Source: an uncultured Candidatus Saccharibacteria bacterium (GTDB lineage: Bacteria; Patescibacteriota; Minisyncoccia; Phycocordibacterales; CAIZLB01). From it: a stretch of DNA of 64,000 bases. Positions 37,562 through 47,207 of the stretch are shown here, one piece after another. Made by a program: the position numbers and the translations under genes. The DNA lies in contig CAYJDM010000002.1 in the NCBI GenBank assembly GCA_964368945.1, forward strand, positions 85,386-149,385. The letters are read 5' to 3'. Positions within the stretch are counted from its first letter, which is position 1; each line of letters starts with the position of its first letter. Under the pieces are notes generated by a model. That model did not search any database and was not told the origin of the DNA. It saw only the letters and a program-made list of their open reading frames with translations.

Positions 37562-38404
37562 ATGAAACGATTTAAACCAACAACGCCGTCACGACGACAT
37601 ATTACGGTCGTATCATTCCGAGATCACATCACTACGAATGAGCCGTATAAGCCGTTGACGACAGGTTTCAGCCGAGGCGTCGGACGAAACAATACCGGAC
37701 GAATCACTACTCGACATAAGGGTACTGGTCATAAGCGAGCGTATCGAGATATCGACTTCAAGTTCGATAAGCGAGAAATTCCTGCGACCGTTGCCACTAT
37801 CGAGTACGATCCGAACCGAACTGGATTCATCGCGCTCTTGAACTATGCTGATGGCGAGAAGCGATATACGCTTCTTCCTCAGACGGTTCGAGTCGGAGAC
37901 AAGGTCATCTCTGCTGAAAAGGCAGAAGTGAAGCCTGGTAACCGATTGCCGCTTCGAAATATTCCTGTGGGAACATTCGTATACAATATCGAATTGCGAC
38001 CAGAGGGTGGTGCCAAGCTCGTACGAGCCGCGGGATCATTCGCTGAAGTCATCGCACAGGACAACGGATACACTCAGATCAAGATGCCATCAACTGAAAT
38101 TCGCAAAATCATCGATTCTGCTTGGGCTTCAGTAGGTTCGGTGTCCAATGATGAAAATCGACTTCAGAACTTCGGCAAGGCCGGACGAAGCCGATGGAAG
38201 GGTATCCGACCAACAGTCCGAGGTACTGCCATGAACCCTGTGGATCATCCACACGGAGGAGGCGAAGGCCGACAGGGACGAGGACGACGACGACAGATTT
38301 CAATTTACGGTAAGCCTACCGGAAAGGGACAGAAGTCGCGAAAGCCTAAGAAGTATTCAAGCAAGTTCATCGTTACTCGCCGAAAGGTTGGAAAGCGAAA
38401 GTAA
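37562..38404 (+). CDS. rplB: 50S ribosomal protein L2.
   Basis: Full-length L2, including GTAMNPVDHPHGGGEG. Confidence 0.95.
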   Translation: MKRFKPTTPSRRHITVVSFRDHITTNEPYKPLTTGFSRGVGRNNTGRITTRHKGTGHKRAYRDIDFKFDKREIPATVATIEYDPNRTGFIALLNYADGEKRYTLLPQTVRVGDKVISAEKAEVKPGNRLPLRNIPVGTFVYNIELRPEGGAKLVRAAGSFAEVIAQDNGYTQIKMPSTEIRKIIDSAWASVGSVSNDENRLQNFGKAGRSRWKGIRPTVRGTAMNPVDHPHGGGEGRQGRGRRRQISIYGKPTGKGQKSRKPKKYSSKFIVTRRKVGKRK

Positions 38405-38566
38405 TCGTAAGATTGCGAATAAGCGAGAATATAAAAAATATGACGGAGCGCGCAAGCGTTGCGTCCGCCGCGAGACTTCTCTCTCGGCGCCCCTTTCGAA
38501 GCATATCTGCTGATGTGCATCGGAGGGGACTCAGGGAGAGAAGCGATGGTGAAAAACTAGTCACCG

Positions 38567-38600
38567 AAAAGGCTGCCATGCTGGCGGCTTTTTCCTTTTG
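38567..38600. terminator. Terminator after rplB, which breaks the S10 operon.
   Basis: AAAAGGCTGCCA-tgc-TGGCGGCTTTTT, then CCTTTTG. Confidence 0.55.
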
Positions 38601-38628
38601 AGACATTAACTCCGCATTAATCTTTTCA

Positions 38629-38656
38629 TTGACAAAAGATGCTTGGGGCGTATCAT
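38629..38656 (+). promoter_or_regulatory. Promoter TTGACA-16-TATCAT for the PEP-CTERM gene, followed by a C/A-rich leader.
   Basis: Hexamers read directly. Leader: ccaaacccaggtccccagaccccaaacccagaa. Confidence 0.45.
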
Positions 38657-38767
38657 CAGATATGTTACTTTGCTTTGTGTCAATATCTGTCGCGCGCGAG
38701 ACACAAGCAGGGGAACACCAAACCCAGGTCCCCAGACCCCAAACCCAGAATACACAGTACCTAACAT

Positions 38768-39466
38768 ATGAAAACAAGATCCCAATTCGCATTTGCGGCC
38801 CTCGCGGTCGCCTTATGCGCTCCTCCTCAGAAAGCGAGTGCAATCATCAGTATCGCCTACGAAGTTGGTGTCCGCCTCGACGGCAATGCCTTGACTTTGG
38901 CGGGCACGCTGAATGGTGACTACGACCCGGATATCGTCACACCCGTTACGCCCAATATGACGCGCTACGGCGTCGTCTGTTGGTTCGTTGATGACGAACA
39001 TCCGGAAGCGACAATTCCGATTACGGGAATTACATATGCCCATTCTACTTTGCGAAATTCAGGTACCGCATCGTCGCTTGATCTCAACTATTCGGCACTT
39101 ACGTTTTTCCCGGAAGGGTCAGGCGCGCCGGTGGTTGGTCTGTATGACGAATCGAGGGTTAGTCTGACGTCGCAAGTCAATGGCCAGCAGGTGGTCGGAA
39201 CGACCTATCCTCAAGGGACCAAATACGTGGTCTTTGCTGATCAGAGGTTCAGTCAGACGATCGGCGGAGGGCAATATGCGCCGAACAGCGACGGTGAATC
39301 CCAGTTTCTCGACTGGACTTTCGTATTCACGCGCGAAAACGGCTCGTACCTGACGTCTGGTATTCGTGGATCCGTCATGCTGCAGAGCGTGCCGGAACCA
39401 GGCTCGGTCAGTATGCTCGGCATTGCCGCCATCGGCATGCTCCGCATTCGCAAGCGCCGCCTGTAA
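38768..39466 (+). CDS. PEP-CTERM sorting-domain secreted protein.
   Basis: A signal peptide. The C-terminus VPEPGSVSMLGIAAIGMLRIRKRRL has the PEP motif, a TM helix and a basic tail, which is the canonical exosortase substrate signal. GC is about 55-58 percent, against about 45-52 percent in flanking r-protein genes. Confidence 0.7.
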   Translation: MKTRSQFAFAALAVALCAPPQKASAIISIAYEVGVRLDGNALTLAGTLNGDYDPDIVTPVTPNMTRYGVVCWFVDDEHPEATIPITGITYAHSTLRNSGTASSLDLNYSALTFFPEGSGAPVVGLYDESRVSLTSQVNGQQVVGTTYPQGTKYVVFADQRFSQTIGGGQYAPNSDGESQFLDWTFVFTRENGSYLTSGIRGSVMLQSVPEPGSVSMLGIAAIGMLRIRKRRL

Positions 39467-39511
39467 GACACGGCGACGTCCAACCTCAAGCCCGATTCAA
39501 TCGGCAACACG

Positions 39512-39550
39512 GCGGTCACCCTGAAAAGGGGTGACCGCTTTTCTCTTTTT
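39512..39550 (+). terminator. Rho-independent terminator after the PEP-CTERM gene.
   Basis: GCGGTCACCC-tgaaaa-GGGTGACCGC, then TTTTCTCTTTTT. Confidence 0.8.
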
Positions 39551-39607
39551 CGCGATTTCGTATATTTAGAAACATTAACGCCAGATTAAGACACCAGCGA
39601 ATAAATA

Positions 39608-39636
39608 TTGACTTATGTCAATTAATAGTGTTAAAT
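39608..39636 (+). promoter_or_regulatory. Promoter TTGACT-17-TTAAAT, with the -35 box embedded in the palindrome TTGACttatGTCAA. Followed by a long C/A-rich leader of about 235 nt.
   Basis: Read directly. Leader: acacacagcaaaaccccaacacatcaacaccccccacaaaccctcaatcaaaacccc. Confidence 0.4.
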
Positions 39637-39877
39637 CTCGCTAGACGTTTCGTCTCATCTTTGCCTCTGTTCTGACGGTCCAACGACTGGCGGAAAAGAG
39701 GTATTTCATACAAATTGGTTAGTTTTATGGCAAAAAGGCTGCTGAAAGGCGCTTTTTTCATAAAAATAGAGGAAAAAACACACAGCAAAACCCCAACACA
39801 TCAACACCCCCCACAAACCCTCAATCAAAACCCCAAAGGACGGCGAAAATCGTTCCTTGAAAACTTAATACTGAATC

Positions 39878-41995
39878 ATGAAAACCACAACCTCCCAAAT
39901 CCGGGCGGCACTTATCGTGCTGGCCCTATTCTTCGGCTTCTCCCTCACTTCGTGCAAAACACCGAGTGGGCGTCAAGCTTCCGCCGCATCCCCTCAAAAG
40001 GCTGTGGCAACATCCCGTGCAACCGCACGCGATACACGCACTGCTTCCGCCCCGAAAGCCTCCAAAAAGGCCGACAGGGCGATCGCATCGACGACAAAGC
40101 CCATCGCAACGAATAAGTCCCCAATGACGGCCACGGCTCAAAACCAGCGGCCTCCGAAGGCAAAATTCATTGCCGGTCCCGATGATGAATACACGGTAAC
40201 GAAAACTGTCGCAAGACAGGTCAGCGCACCGCGCACACATCCTCAGGCTCCGCCTCTGACCCGAAACGATCCGAATCTATTCCCTGATACCAGCCATGGA
40301 AACATGGTTCCGGATGAGAGAATCCAGGTCGGCGGCGATTGGCAAGGCGGCATGTCCATTGAACTCGCAAGGGCGCTGGGCAAAATCCCATCCGGTCCAT
40401 CAGCTTCAGATATGCCCGACAGGGCAATGCGATCATCGCAAGATGTTCGTCCGCCAGTCGGCGATAATATGCTCGCGCCTCCAAGGTTCACCAAAGAGGA
40501 AGTCGAAAACATCGTTGAAAGCAAATCTGAGAAAAAGCCTGAAAAGAAGGCCGAAAAGACAATCGCAAAGGCAAAGATCGAAATCAAAGCGGCGGCTAAA
40601 ACCGCGGCTCCTTCCGAGCCTGAGAAAGTCGCAAGTCCGACTCCGAAGGAAACTCAGATCGCTTCGGCTCCCGTAGCAAAAGCGCCCGACCCACCGCCGA
40701 TACCGATACCGGCACCCGTGGCTGCAAAACCGCCTGAGATACCAGTGGCTCCGCCACCGCCTCCGGCCGTAGCGGCCATTCCAGAAATTCCCAAGAAAAC
40801 CCCGATCGTAGCGATCGTTCCAGAACCATCTCCCAAACCTCCGGTCGTAGCGACTGTATCAGAATCACAACCCAAAACCCCGGTCGTAGCGACCGTCCCA
40901 GAACCAGCCAAAACGACCCCGGTCGTAGCGGCCAACCCAGATTACGAACCGCAGATGAAGGCTTTTCTCCAAAAGGAGGCCAAATATCTGCGTCTCGCGA
41001 AAGGAGACGGCTTCAATGAGGCGTATATCGTCAGGGCATCCATTCTCACAAAGAAAATGCCCAAATCGGTACAAGGTTCCCAAAACGTCGGGACGCTGCA
41101 TTGCAGCGTCCAGCATTACGGCGAAGGCTTGCCTCTCGGCATAAGGATTTTTCAGGAAAAGCCAGGCACTAAACCCGGCAGTTTCATAACTGAAGGCGTA
41201 AGGCTCATTCCGAGCAATTCGCCCTTTGCGGAAATTCCAGCAGAATTCGAGCGTCCCGCGACTCATTTTGCATACGACATCATCGTCGATGCATCTGATT
41301 CTACCGAGACGTACATTGTCGAAATCGCTTTGGCCAAGGTTGCTCAAAGCATGCGACTCTACCTCCAGCAGGACGGGCAGGATATCGAGGCGCTGAAGAA
41401 GGATTTGAAAGGTGGAATTGCGAAAAACATCATGATTCCCATGCCTGGTCTCGACTGGCAGCCCAAGCCCGAAGTCGTCAAATCGGCGGCTTTACTAAAG
41501 GATGAAACGGCGGCAGCGTTGTTTCCCCCAGAGGTGTTTGCAGACAAAGCCGTGCCGGAACCGGACGGCGATAAGCCAAAGGTGACCGATTCGGCCAGCG
41601 GAGGCAGTCCATTCTGGAATTCCACGAATTCGCCTATATATCAGGTTGCCACAGTCGTTCTCTTTGGGGTAGGATCCTTCCTATTCTTCAAGGGGATTGC
41701 CATGTTCAGGCGTCCCCGGAAGCCGAAAGGACCTGCCGTGCTCGTTGAGAAAATGGAAGCGAAATCCGGCCAGCCTGCCAAGAGTTTGAATTCATGCTTT
41801 AAGGTGGTTGTCCCTAAGCCAATGGGCGCTGCTACTCTGCCCAAGCGCCATGATCCAGGCCTCGGGGTCAGAAAAATGTACACAAGCGATCGTGAAAAGG
41901 ATCAAGAGCCCAGAAGGAAAGGCTTTCCATTCCGAAGCCGCCAGACTCCTGAGTCTAAAGACAGGGCGGAGGATACGGAACCTGTCGTTTCTTAG
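39878..41995 (+). CDS. Proline-rich lipoprotein (705 aa) with a C-terminal TM anchor.
   Basis: Lipobox LTSC after the signal peptide. PxxP/PEIP/PVVATV repeats. C-terminal helix VATVVLFGVGSFLFF followed by RRPRKPK. Confidence 0.55.
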   Translation: MKTTTSQIRAALIVLALFFGFSLTSCKTPSGRQASAASPQKAVATSRATARDTRTASAPKASKKADRAIASTTKPIATNKSPMTATAQNQRPPKAKFIAGPDDEYTVTKTVARQVSAPRTHPQAPPLTRNDPNLFPDTSHGNMVPDERIQVGGDWQGGMSIELARALGKIPSGPSASDMPDRAMRSSQDVRPPVGDNMLAPPRFTKEEVENIVESKSEKKPEKKAEKTIAKAKIEIKAAAKTAAPSEPEKVASPTPKETQIASAPVAKAPDPPPIPIPAPVAAKPPEIPVAPPPPPAVAAIPEIPKKTPIVAIVPEPSPKPPVVATVSESQPKTPVVATVPEPAKTTPVVAANPDYEPQMKAFLQKEAKYLRLAKGDGFNEAYIVRASILTKKMPKSVQGSQNVGTLHCSVQHYGEGLPLGIRIFQEKPGTKPGSFITEGVRLIPSNSPFAEIPAEFERPATHFAYDIIVDASDSTETYIVEIALAKVAQSMRLYLQQDGQDIEALKKDLKGGIAKNIMIPMPGLDWQPKPEVVKSAALLKDETAAALFPPEVFADKAVPEPDGDKPKVTDSASGGSPFWNSTNSPIYQVATVVLFGVGSFLFFKGIAMFRRPRKPKGPAVLVEKMEAKSGQPAKSLNSCFKVVVPKPMGAATLPKRHDPGLGVRKMYTSDREKDQEPRRKGFPFRSRQTPESKDRAEDTEPVVS

Positions 41996-42035
41996 TCCGA
42001 AGCCTTGTTTCGAAATCCGCACACAAAACAACAGT

Positions 42036-42096
42036 CCCGCGTGGCACTTGCTCTGATGACGATCAGACAGGTGCCACCGCGGGGCTATTTTTATAC
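42036..42096 (+). terminator. Terminator after the lipoprotein gene.
   Basis: CCCGCGTGGCAC-23 nt-GTGCCACCGCGGG, then GCTATTTTTAT. Confidence 0.65.
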
Positions 42097-42208
42097 AAAA
42101 AATATGCCCGTCTGCATTAAAAACGCCTCAAAATTAGCCAAAAAACGGCTATTTTTCATAAAAAACTGACCATATGACATCACGGGAAGACCCCTGGAGA
42201 AGCCTCTG

Positions 42209-42236
42209 TTGACATAACTTTGTTTTTTGCTACTAT
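42209..42236 (+). promoter_or_regulatory. Promoter TTGACA-16-TACTAT, which restarts the r-protein operon at rpsS.
   Basis: Consensus -35. The -10 is TACTAT. The ATG of rpsS lies 44 nt downstream. Confidence 0.45.
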
Positions 42237-42280
42237 AACGTGCACTAGCTCAGTTTGGGCTATTATTTTTCGCATAAAAC

Positions 42281-42622
42281 ATGTCACGATCACTCAAGAA
42301 AGGTCCATTAGTAATCGAAAGATTGCTCAAAAAAATCGAGGGTAAAAAGCCTACCGAAACTGGCGTCATCAAGACGTGGTATCGAGCTGCGCACATTTCT
42401 CCCGAGATGGTTGGATTCATCTTCGGTGTCTACAATGGCAAGTCTCATGTCGAAGTGCTCGTAACTGAAGAAATGGTTGGTCACCGACTCGGAGAGTTTT
42501 CACCTACTCGAAAGTTCATCCGACACGGAGGAAAGATGCAGAAGGAACTCGACATTGCTAAGAAGCAGGCTGAGATCGATGCAGCTAAGTCCGCTAAGGC
42601 AGCCGTAGATACAAAAAAATAA
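42281..42622 (+). CDS. rpsS: 30S ribosomal protein S19, with a C-terminal Lys/Ala extension.
   Basis: S19 core [11 protein letters not shown]. Confidence 0.9.
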   Translation: MSRSLKKGPLVIERLLKKIEGKKPTETGVIKTWYRAAHISPEMVGFIFGVYNGKSHVEVLVTEEMVGHRLGEFSPTRKFIRHGGKMQKELDIAKKQAEIDAAKSAKAAVDTKK

Positions 42623-42640
42623 AATATAACGGATAAGATC

Positions 42641-43093
42641 ATGAAAGCAACACTATCTAACTATAGACAATCTCCTCGAAAAGTCGGACTCATCGCAGGT
42701 CTTATCCGGGGCAAAAAAGTAAGCGACGCGCTTGTGGCTCTTCGATTTGCTGTTAAGCGAGCGAGCTCTCCTATGGAGAAGCTCCTTATGAGCGCCGTTG
42801 CCAATGCCAAGAACAATGGCGTCGACAATCCTGAAAACCTTTACGTCGTAGAAATGCGAGTAGACAAGGGCATCGTTCTCAAGCGATTCATGCCGCGAGC
42901 TCGAGGAAATGCTGCTCAGATCCTCAAGCGATCAAGCAATATCATCCTTACTCTCGGCGAGAAGCCATTGAAGGGCAAGGCGCTTGCGAAAGCGACTAAG
43001 GCTGCAAAGGAAGCAAAGGCCGTAGCTGTCTCAAAGGACACTCCGTCTGAAAAGGCTCCAAAGGCAAAGAAAACTAAGACTAAAACTAAATAA
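42641..43093 (+). CDS. rplV: 50S ribosomal protein L22, with a Lys/Ala-rich C-terminal tail.
   Basis: L22 core. Tail: KALAKATKAAKEAKAVAV...KAKKTKTKTK. Confidence 0.9.
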   Translation: MKATLSNYRQSPRKVGLIAGLIRGKKVSDALVALRFAVKRASSPMEKLLMSAVANAKNNGVDNPENLYVVEMRVDKGIVLKRFMPRARGNAAQILKRSSNIILTLGEKPLKGKALAKATKAAKEAKAVAVSKDTPSEKAPKAKKTKTKTK

Positions 43094-43105
43094 TACATAA
43101 TAACC

Positions 43106-43762
43106 ATGTCACACGTAGTTCACCCATATGCACATAGAATTGGAATCATTCGAGGATGGAAGTCTCGATGGTTTTCGATGCATGCCCGATATCGAAAGAA
43201 TCTGAAGTGCGATGTTCTCGTGCGAGAATGGATGGAAAAGAAGATGCGAGGACAGTACGTGGGTGATATCGAGATCGAGCGAGGCGAAAACACTCTCCGC
43301 ATCATTATCAAAACTTCACGACCCGGTATCATTATCGGTCGAAATGGAGAAGGCGCATTGAAGCTCAAGGCTGAGATCGCAGCATTCATGAAGAAGATTG
43401 ACGCTGATACGAAGGTTGATTTCAAGCTGGAAATCGAAGAGATCAAGTCTCCAGAATCGAGCGCTTCTATTGTCGCGCAGATGATCGCTGAGGGCCTCGA
43501 AAAGCGAATGCCTTTCCGACGAGTCATGAAGCAGATGGTGGACAAGGTCATGTCTAGCCGAGACGTACTTGGTCTTCGAATCTATCTCGGAGGACGACTT
43601 GGCGGAGCTGAAATGGCACGAACTGAAGAAATCAAGAAGGGCCAGATTCCTCTACAGACTTTCCGATCTGATATCGATTTCAAGCGATATGAGGCGATTC
43701 TTCCTTACGGAAATATCGGAATCAAGGTCTGGATCTATAAGGGTCAGATTTTCAATAAATAA
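43106..43762 (+). CDS. rpsC: 30S ribosomal protein S3.
   Basis: KH and S3-C domains. Confidence 0.95.
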   Translation: MSHVVHPYAHRIGIIRGWKSRWFSMHARYRKNLKCDVLVREWMEKKMRGQYVGDIEIERGENTLRIIIKTSRPGIIIGRNGEGALKLKAEIAAFMKKIDADTKVDFKLEIEEIKSPESSASIVAQMIAEGLEKRMPFRRVMKQMVDKVMSSRDVLGLRIYLGGRLGGAEMARTEEIKKGQIPLQTFRSDIDFKRYEAILPYGNIGIKVWIYKGQIFNK

Positions 43763-43789
43763 TACCTAGAAGCATTTAATCCTAATACC

Positions 43790-44224
43790 ATGTTATTCCC
43801 AAAGAAAGTAAAGCATCGAAAATGGCAGAGCGATCGAAAGCACCCGGCACGACGAGGTGTTGAAACTCGCGGTACTGAATTGAACTTCGGTTCGTTCGGC
43901 CTCAAATCTCTTGGACAGTCTCGAATGACGTCTAATCAGATCGAATCTGCTCGAAAAATCCTTTCTCGAACAATCGGAAAGACTGGACGACTCTGGATCC
44001 GAATCTTCCCAGACCGACCTGTCACTCAGAAGGGTGCTGAAACTCCCATGGGTAAGGGTAAGGGAGATCCGAAAGGATTCTGCTTCGACGTATTGCCTGG
44101 CCGAATGCTCTTTGAAGTAGAAGGCGCAACTGAGGCAGATGCTCGAGAAGGCCTACGAAAGGCTGGAACAAAGCTTCCTGTACGATGCAAGATTATTAGT
44201 CGAGCCGAGCGAGAAGCCGCATAG
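43790..44224 (+). CDS. rplP: 50S ribosomal protein L16.
   Basis: L16 family similarity. Confidence 0.95.
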   Translation: MLFPKKVKHRKWQSDRKHPARRGVETRGTELNFGSFGLKSLGQSRMTSNQIESARKILSRTIGKTGRLWIRIFPDRPVTQKGAETPMGKGKGDPKGFCFDVLPGRMLFEVEGATEADAREGLRKAGTKLPVRCKIISRAEREAA

Positions 44225-44247
44225 AGAATCACAATTAAATCGAAACC

Positions 44248-44481
44248 ATGAAAGACCTAAACAATAAATCAATCAAAGATCTCATCAAGACTCTTAACGA
44301 AAAGAAAGAGGCTCTTCAGGGTTTTCGATTCGGAAATGCTGGCTCAAAGTCGCGAAACGTCAAGGAGGGACGAGGCATCAAGAAGGATATCGCCCGAATC
44401 ATGACTGCTGTTTCTGTAATCACGAGAGACCAGGCAAACAAGGCTGCGGAAGCCAAGGCGACTAAGGTCACGACCGCATAA
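44248..44481 (+). CDS. rpmC: 50S ribosomal protein L29.
   Basis: Position and size match L29, with a coiled helical hairpin. Confidence 0.8.
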   Translation: MKDLNNKSIKDLIKTLNEKKEALQGFRFGNAGSKSRNVKEGRGIKKDIARIMTAVSVITRDQANKAAEAKATKVTTA

Positions 44482-44498
44482 TCATTTTTAATAATCAT

Positions 44499-44765
44499 AT
44501 GAAAAACTCAACAGAAACAACTAAGCCAAACGAAAGCTCTGCGAAGCGAATCCTCAAAGGGGAAGTCGTCTCAGACAAGATGACGAATACAATCGTCGTT
44601 CTCGTTAAGCGATACGTCAAGGTTCCAAAGTACGAGAAGTACGTTACTAAGACGAAGCGATACAAGGCTCACGATCAGGGCAATACCAAGAAGATCGGAG
44701 ATTTGGTTTCTATCCAGGAGTGCCGTCCTATGTCGAAGGACAAGCGATTCATAGTTATCGGCTAA
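44499..44765 (+). CDS. rpsQ: 30S ribosomal protein S17.
   Basis: S17 OB-fold core. Confidence 0.9.
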   Translation: MKNSTETTKPNESSAKRILKGEVVSDKMTNTIVVLVKRYVKVPKYEKYVTKTKRYKAHDQGNTKKIGDLVSIQECRPMSKDKRFIVIG

Positions 44766-44775
44766 TCTTACATAT

Positions 44776-45147
44776 ATGATACAACCACGATCAATAGTTG
44801 CAGTAGCCGATAATACAGGAGCAAAGATTTGCCGAGTTTTCAAAGTTCTCGGATCTTCAAAGAAGCGATATGCGGAGATCGGCGATACTGTCATCGTCTC
44901 AGTTCAGAAGGCTGAACCGCGAAAGACTGTCAAGAAGAAGGATGTTCTTCGAGGCGTCGTCGTTCGACAGCGAAAGGCATTCCGACGAAAGGACGGTTCA
45001 TACGTTCGATTCGATGAGAACGCTATCGTCATCTTGGATAAGACAAAGCCAGAGCCGATTGCTGGACGAATCTTCGGTCCGATCCCGCGAGAGATCGGCG
45101 AGCTTGGTTACCAGAAAATCGCTTCGCTAGCGCCTGAAATCGTTTAA
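44776..45147 (+). CDS. rplN: 50S ribosomal protein L14.
   Basis: MIQPRSIVAVADNTGAK N-terminus. Confidence 0.95.
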   Translation: MIQPRSIVAVADNTGAKICRVFKVLGSSKKRYAEIGDTVIVSVQKAEPRKTVKKKDVLRGVVVRQRKAFRRKDGSYVRFDENAIVILDKTKPEPIAGRIFGPIPREIGELGYQKIASLAPEIV

Positions 45148-45166
45148 TATACCTAACATTATCATC

Positions 45167-45382
45167 ATGAACATCAAGAAAGGAGACAATGTAAAAGTGC
45201 TAGTCGGCAAGGATAAAGGAAAGACGGGTAAAATCGTCAAGTCTTTTCCTAAGGACGGCATGGTATTGATCGAAGGCATCAATCTCAAGAAGCGACACCA
45301 GCGATCTCGAAAGCAGGGAGGCAAAGGCCAGGTTGTAGACGTAGCGGCACCTATCCATGCTTCTAACGTTGCGAAGGCATAA
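45167..45382 (+). CDS. rplX: 50S ribosomal protein L24 (short form, KOW domain).
   Basis: KKGDNVKVLVGKDKGKTGKI KOW motif. Confidence 0.85.
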   Translation: MNIKKGDNVKVLVGKDKGKTGKIVKSFPKDGMVLIEGINLKKRHQRSRKQGGKGQVVDVAAPIHASNVAKA

Positions 45383-45396
45383 TTAAGAAAACGAAT

Positions 45397-45945
45397 ATGA
45401 AACACGTAACTATCAAAGAAAAAGCAGCCAAGGCATACGAAGACATGAAGGCTGAGTTCGGCTATACGAACAAGATGCAGGCTCCAAAGATCCTCAAGAT
45501 CGCCCTCTCTTCTACGACTGGATCTATCAAGGATCCAAAGAAGCGAGATCTCATTGGAGACCGACTCTCAAAGATCGCCGGCCAGAAGGCTACCGTCAAG
45601 AGCGCAAAGAAGTCTATCGCATCATTCAAGGTGCGACAGGGCGACGCTGTTGGATGGCAGGTTACTCTCCGAGGCCCGCGAATGTGGAGCTTCCTAGAGA
45701 AGCTGGTCAATATCGCGCTTCCTCGAACTCGAGACTTTCGAGGCATCGAGACGAAGTCGGTAGACCAGATGGGCAACTATACCCTTGGAATCAAGGAGCA
45801 TACGGTATTCCCAGAAACCGCCGACGAAGAAATCAAGGATGTCTTCGGATTCGCGGTGACTCTGGTCACTTCAGCCAAGTCGAAGCCTGAGACCCTCGCA
45901 TTACTAACTAAACTAGGATTTCCTTTCAAAAAGGCCGATAAATAG
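45397..45945 (+). CDS. rplE: 50S ribosomal protein L5.
   Basis: Full-length L5 similarity. Confidence 0.95.
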   Translation: MKHVTIKEKAAKAYEDMKAEFGYTNKMQAPKILKIALSSTTGSIKDPKKRDLIGDRLSKIAGQKATVKSAKKSIASFKVRQGDAVGWQVTLRGPRMWSFLEKLVNIALPRTRDFRGIETKSVDQMGNYTLGIKEHTVFPETADEEIKDVFGFAVTLVTSAKSKPETLALLTKLGFPFKKADK

Positions 45946-46034
45946 CCTCAAAAACCATTGACTTTGGGCCGCTAGATTGCTAGTATGCTCAAAGCTCAGT
46001 CCGAGCTATTTTTTTACGGAAAACAGACAATCAC

Positions 46035-46220
46035 ATGGCAAAAACATCGACTTACGTCAGATCGCTAAAAAAACCAAAATTCAAGAGCCGAATCGTTCGA
46101 CGATGCTTTCGATGTGGGCGAAAACGAGGCTACATGCGAGATTTCGACATGTGCCGAATCTGTTTCCGAGAATTAGCAAACGAAGGACGAATCCCAGGTA
46201 TTAGAAAATCATCATGGTAG
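46035..46220 (+). CDS. rpsN: 30S ribosomal protein S14, type Z (zinc-binding, 61 aa).
   Basis: CxxC...CxxC ([20 protein letters not shown]). Confidence 0.9.
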   Translation: MAKTSTYVRSLKKPKFKSRIVRRCFRCGRKRGYMRDFDMCRICFRELANEGRIPGIRKSSW

Positions 46221-46606
46221 ACACAATCGCACAACTCATCATCGGTCTTAAGAATGCAAACAATGCCGGCAAAGCATCAGCTTCTTTCCCTTATTCAAAA
46301 ATGTCTGAGGCTATCCTCAATACATTGCATAAGTCTGGCTTCGTAGGCTCGGTATCAAAGAAGGGTACGAAGAAAATCTACAAGTCTATCGATGTTGATC
46401 TCGTTTATGAGGAAGGCAAGCCGAAAATCGAAGGCGTTCAGCAGCTTTCAAAGTATTCTCGACGAATGTATGCAAAGGCTTCTGAAGCCAATGCTGTTCG
46501 AAACGGATACGGAGCTCTCGTGCTTACGACTCCAAAGGGCATTTTGGTCGACAAGGATGCGCGAAAAGAAAAGGTAGGAGGCGAAATCCTATTCAAAATC
46601 TGGTAG
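46214..46606 (+). CDS. rpsH: 30S ribosomal protein S8.
   Basis: S8 family similarity. Overlaps the rpsN stop (ATGGTAG). Confidence 0.9.
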   Translation: MVDTIAQLIIGLKNANNAGKASASFPYSKMSEAILNTLHKSGFVGSVSKKGTKKIYKSIDVDLVYEEGKPKIEGVQQLSKYSRRMYAKASEANAVRNGYGALVLTTPKGILVDKDARKEKVGGEILFKIW

Positions 46607-46640
46607 GCCTAACTATTTACCTAATAATAACTGAACTACT

Positions 46641-47174
46641 ATGTCACGAGTCGGAAAGCAAATTCTCCCAATACCAGCAGGAACAGAAGTAACAATTACT
46701 GATGGCAATGTTGTCGTTAAGGGAAAGAAGGGCGAAATCAAGCGATTTTTCAAAACAGTCGTAGAGATCAAGAAGGAAGGCGACACTATCACTTTGACTC
46801 CTCACAAGAAGGACAATGCTACGAGCGCTCTATGGGGAACATATGCCTCACATATCCAGAATATGCTAACCGGCGTTAGCGAGGGCTTTGTCAAAAAGCT
46901 CATCCTCGAAGGTATCGGCTATAAGGCTGATGTCGTAGGTGCAAACCTCAATATGGCACTCGGCTTCTCTCATCCCGTATCTCGAACTATTCCTGAAGGA
47001 GTTACGGTTACATCTGAAAAGGGTGCAATCACCATCTCTGGCTTTGACAAGGAAGTCGTATCTCAGTTCGCAGCTCAGATCCGCGCCCTCAAGAAGCCTG
47101 AGCCATATAAGGGCAAGGGATTCCGATATGACGGAGAAGTTATCAAGCGAAAGCAAGGCAAGAAGTCTGCATAG
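46641..47174 (+). CDS. rplF: 50S ribosomal protein L6.
   Basis: Two L6 repeats. Confidence 0.95.
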   Translation: MSRVGKQILPIPAGTEVTITDGNVVVKGKKGEIKRFFKTVVEIKKEGDTITLTPHKKDNATSALWGTYASHIQNMLTGVSEGFVKKLILEGIGYKADVVGANLNMALGFSHPVSRTIPEGVTVTSEKGAITISGFDKEVVSQFAAQIRALKKPEPYKGKGFRYDGEVIKRKQGKKSA

Positions 47175-47207
47175 TATTCGAAATAGCCATACAATTATTT
47201 AAAAAAC

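Noticed and set aside
42240-42280. tRNA-like D-arm motif TAGCTCAGTTTGGGCTAT just upstream of rpsS
   Set aside because: No acceptor stem, anticodon arm or T-arm (GTTCRANYC) can be built in the 40 nt available. It is read as part of the rpsS leader.
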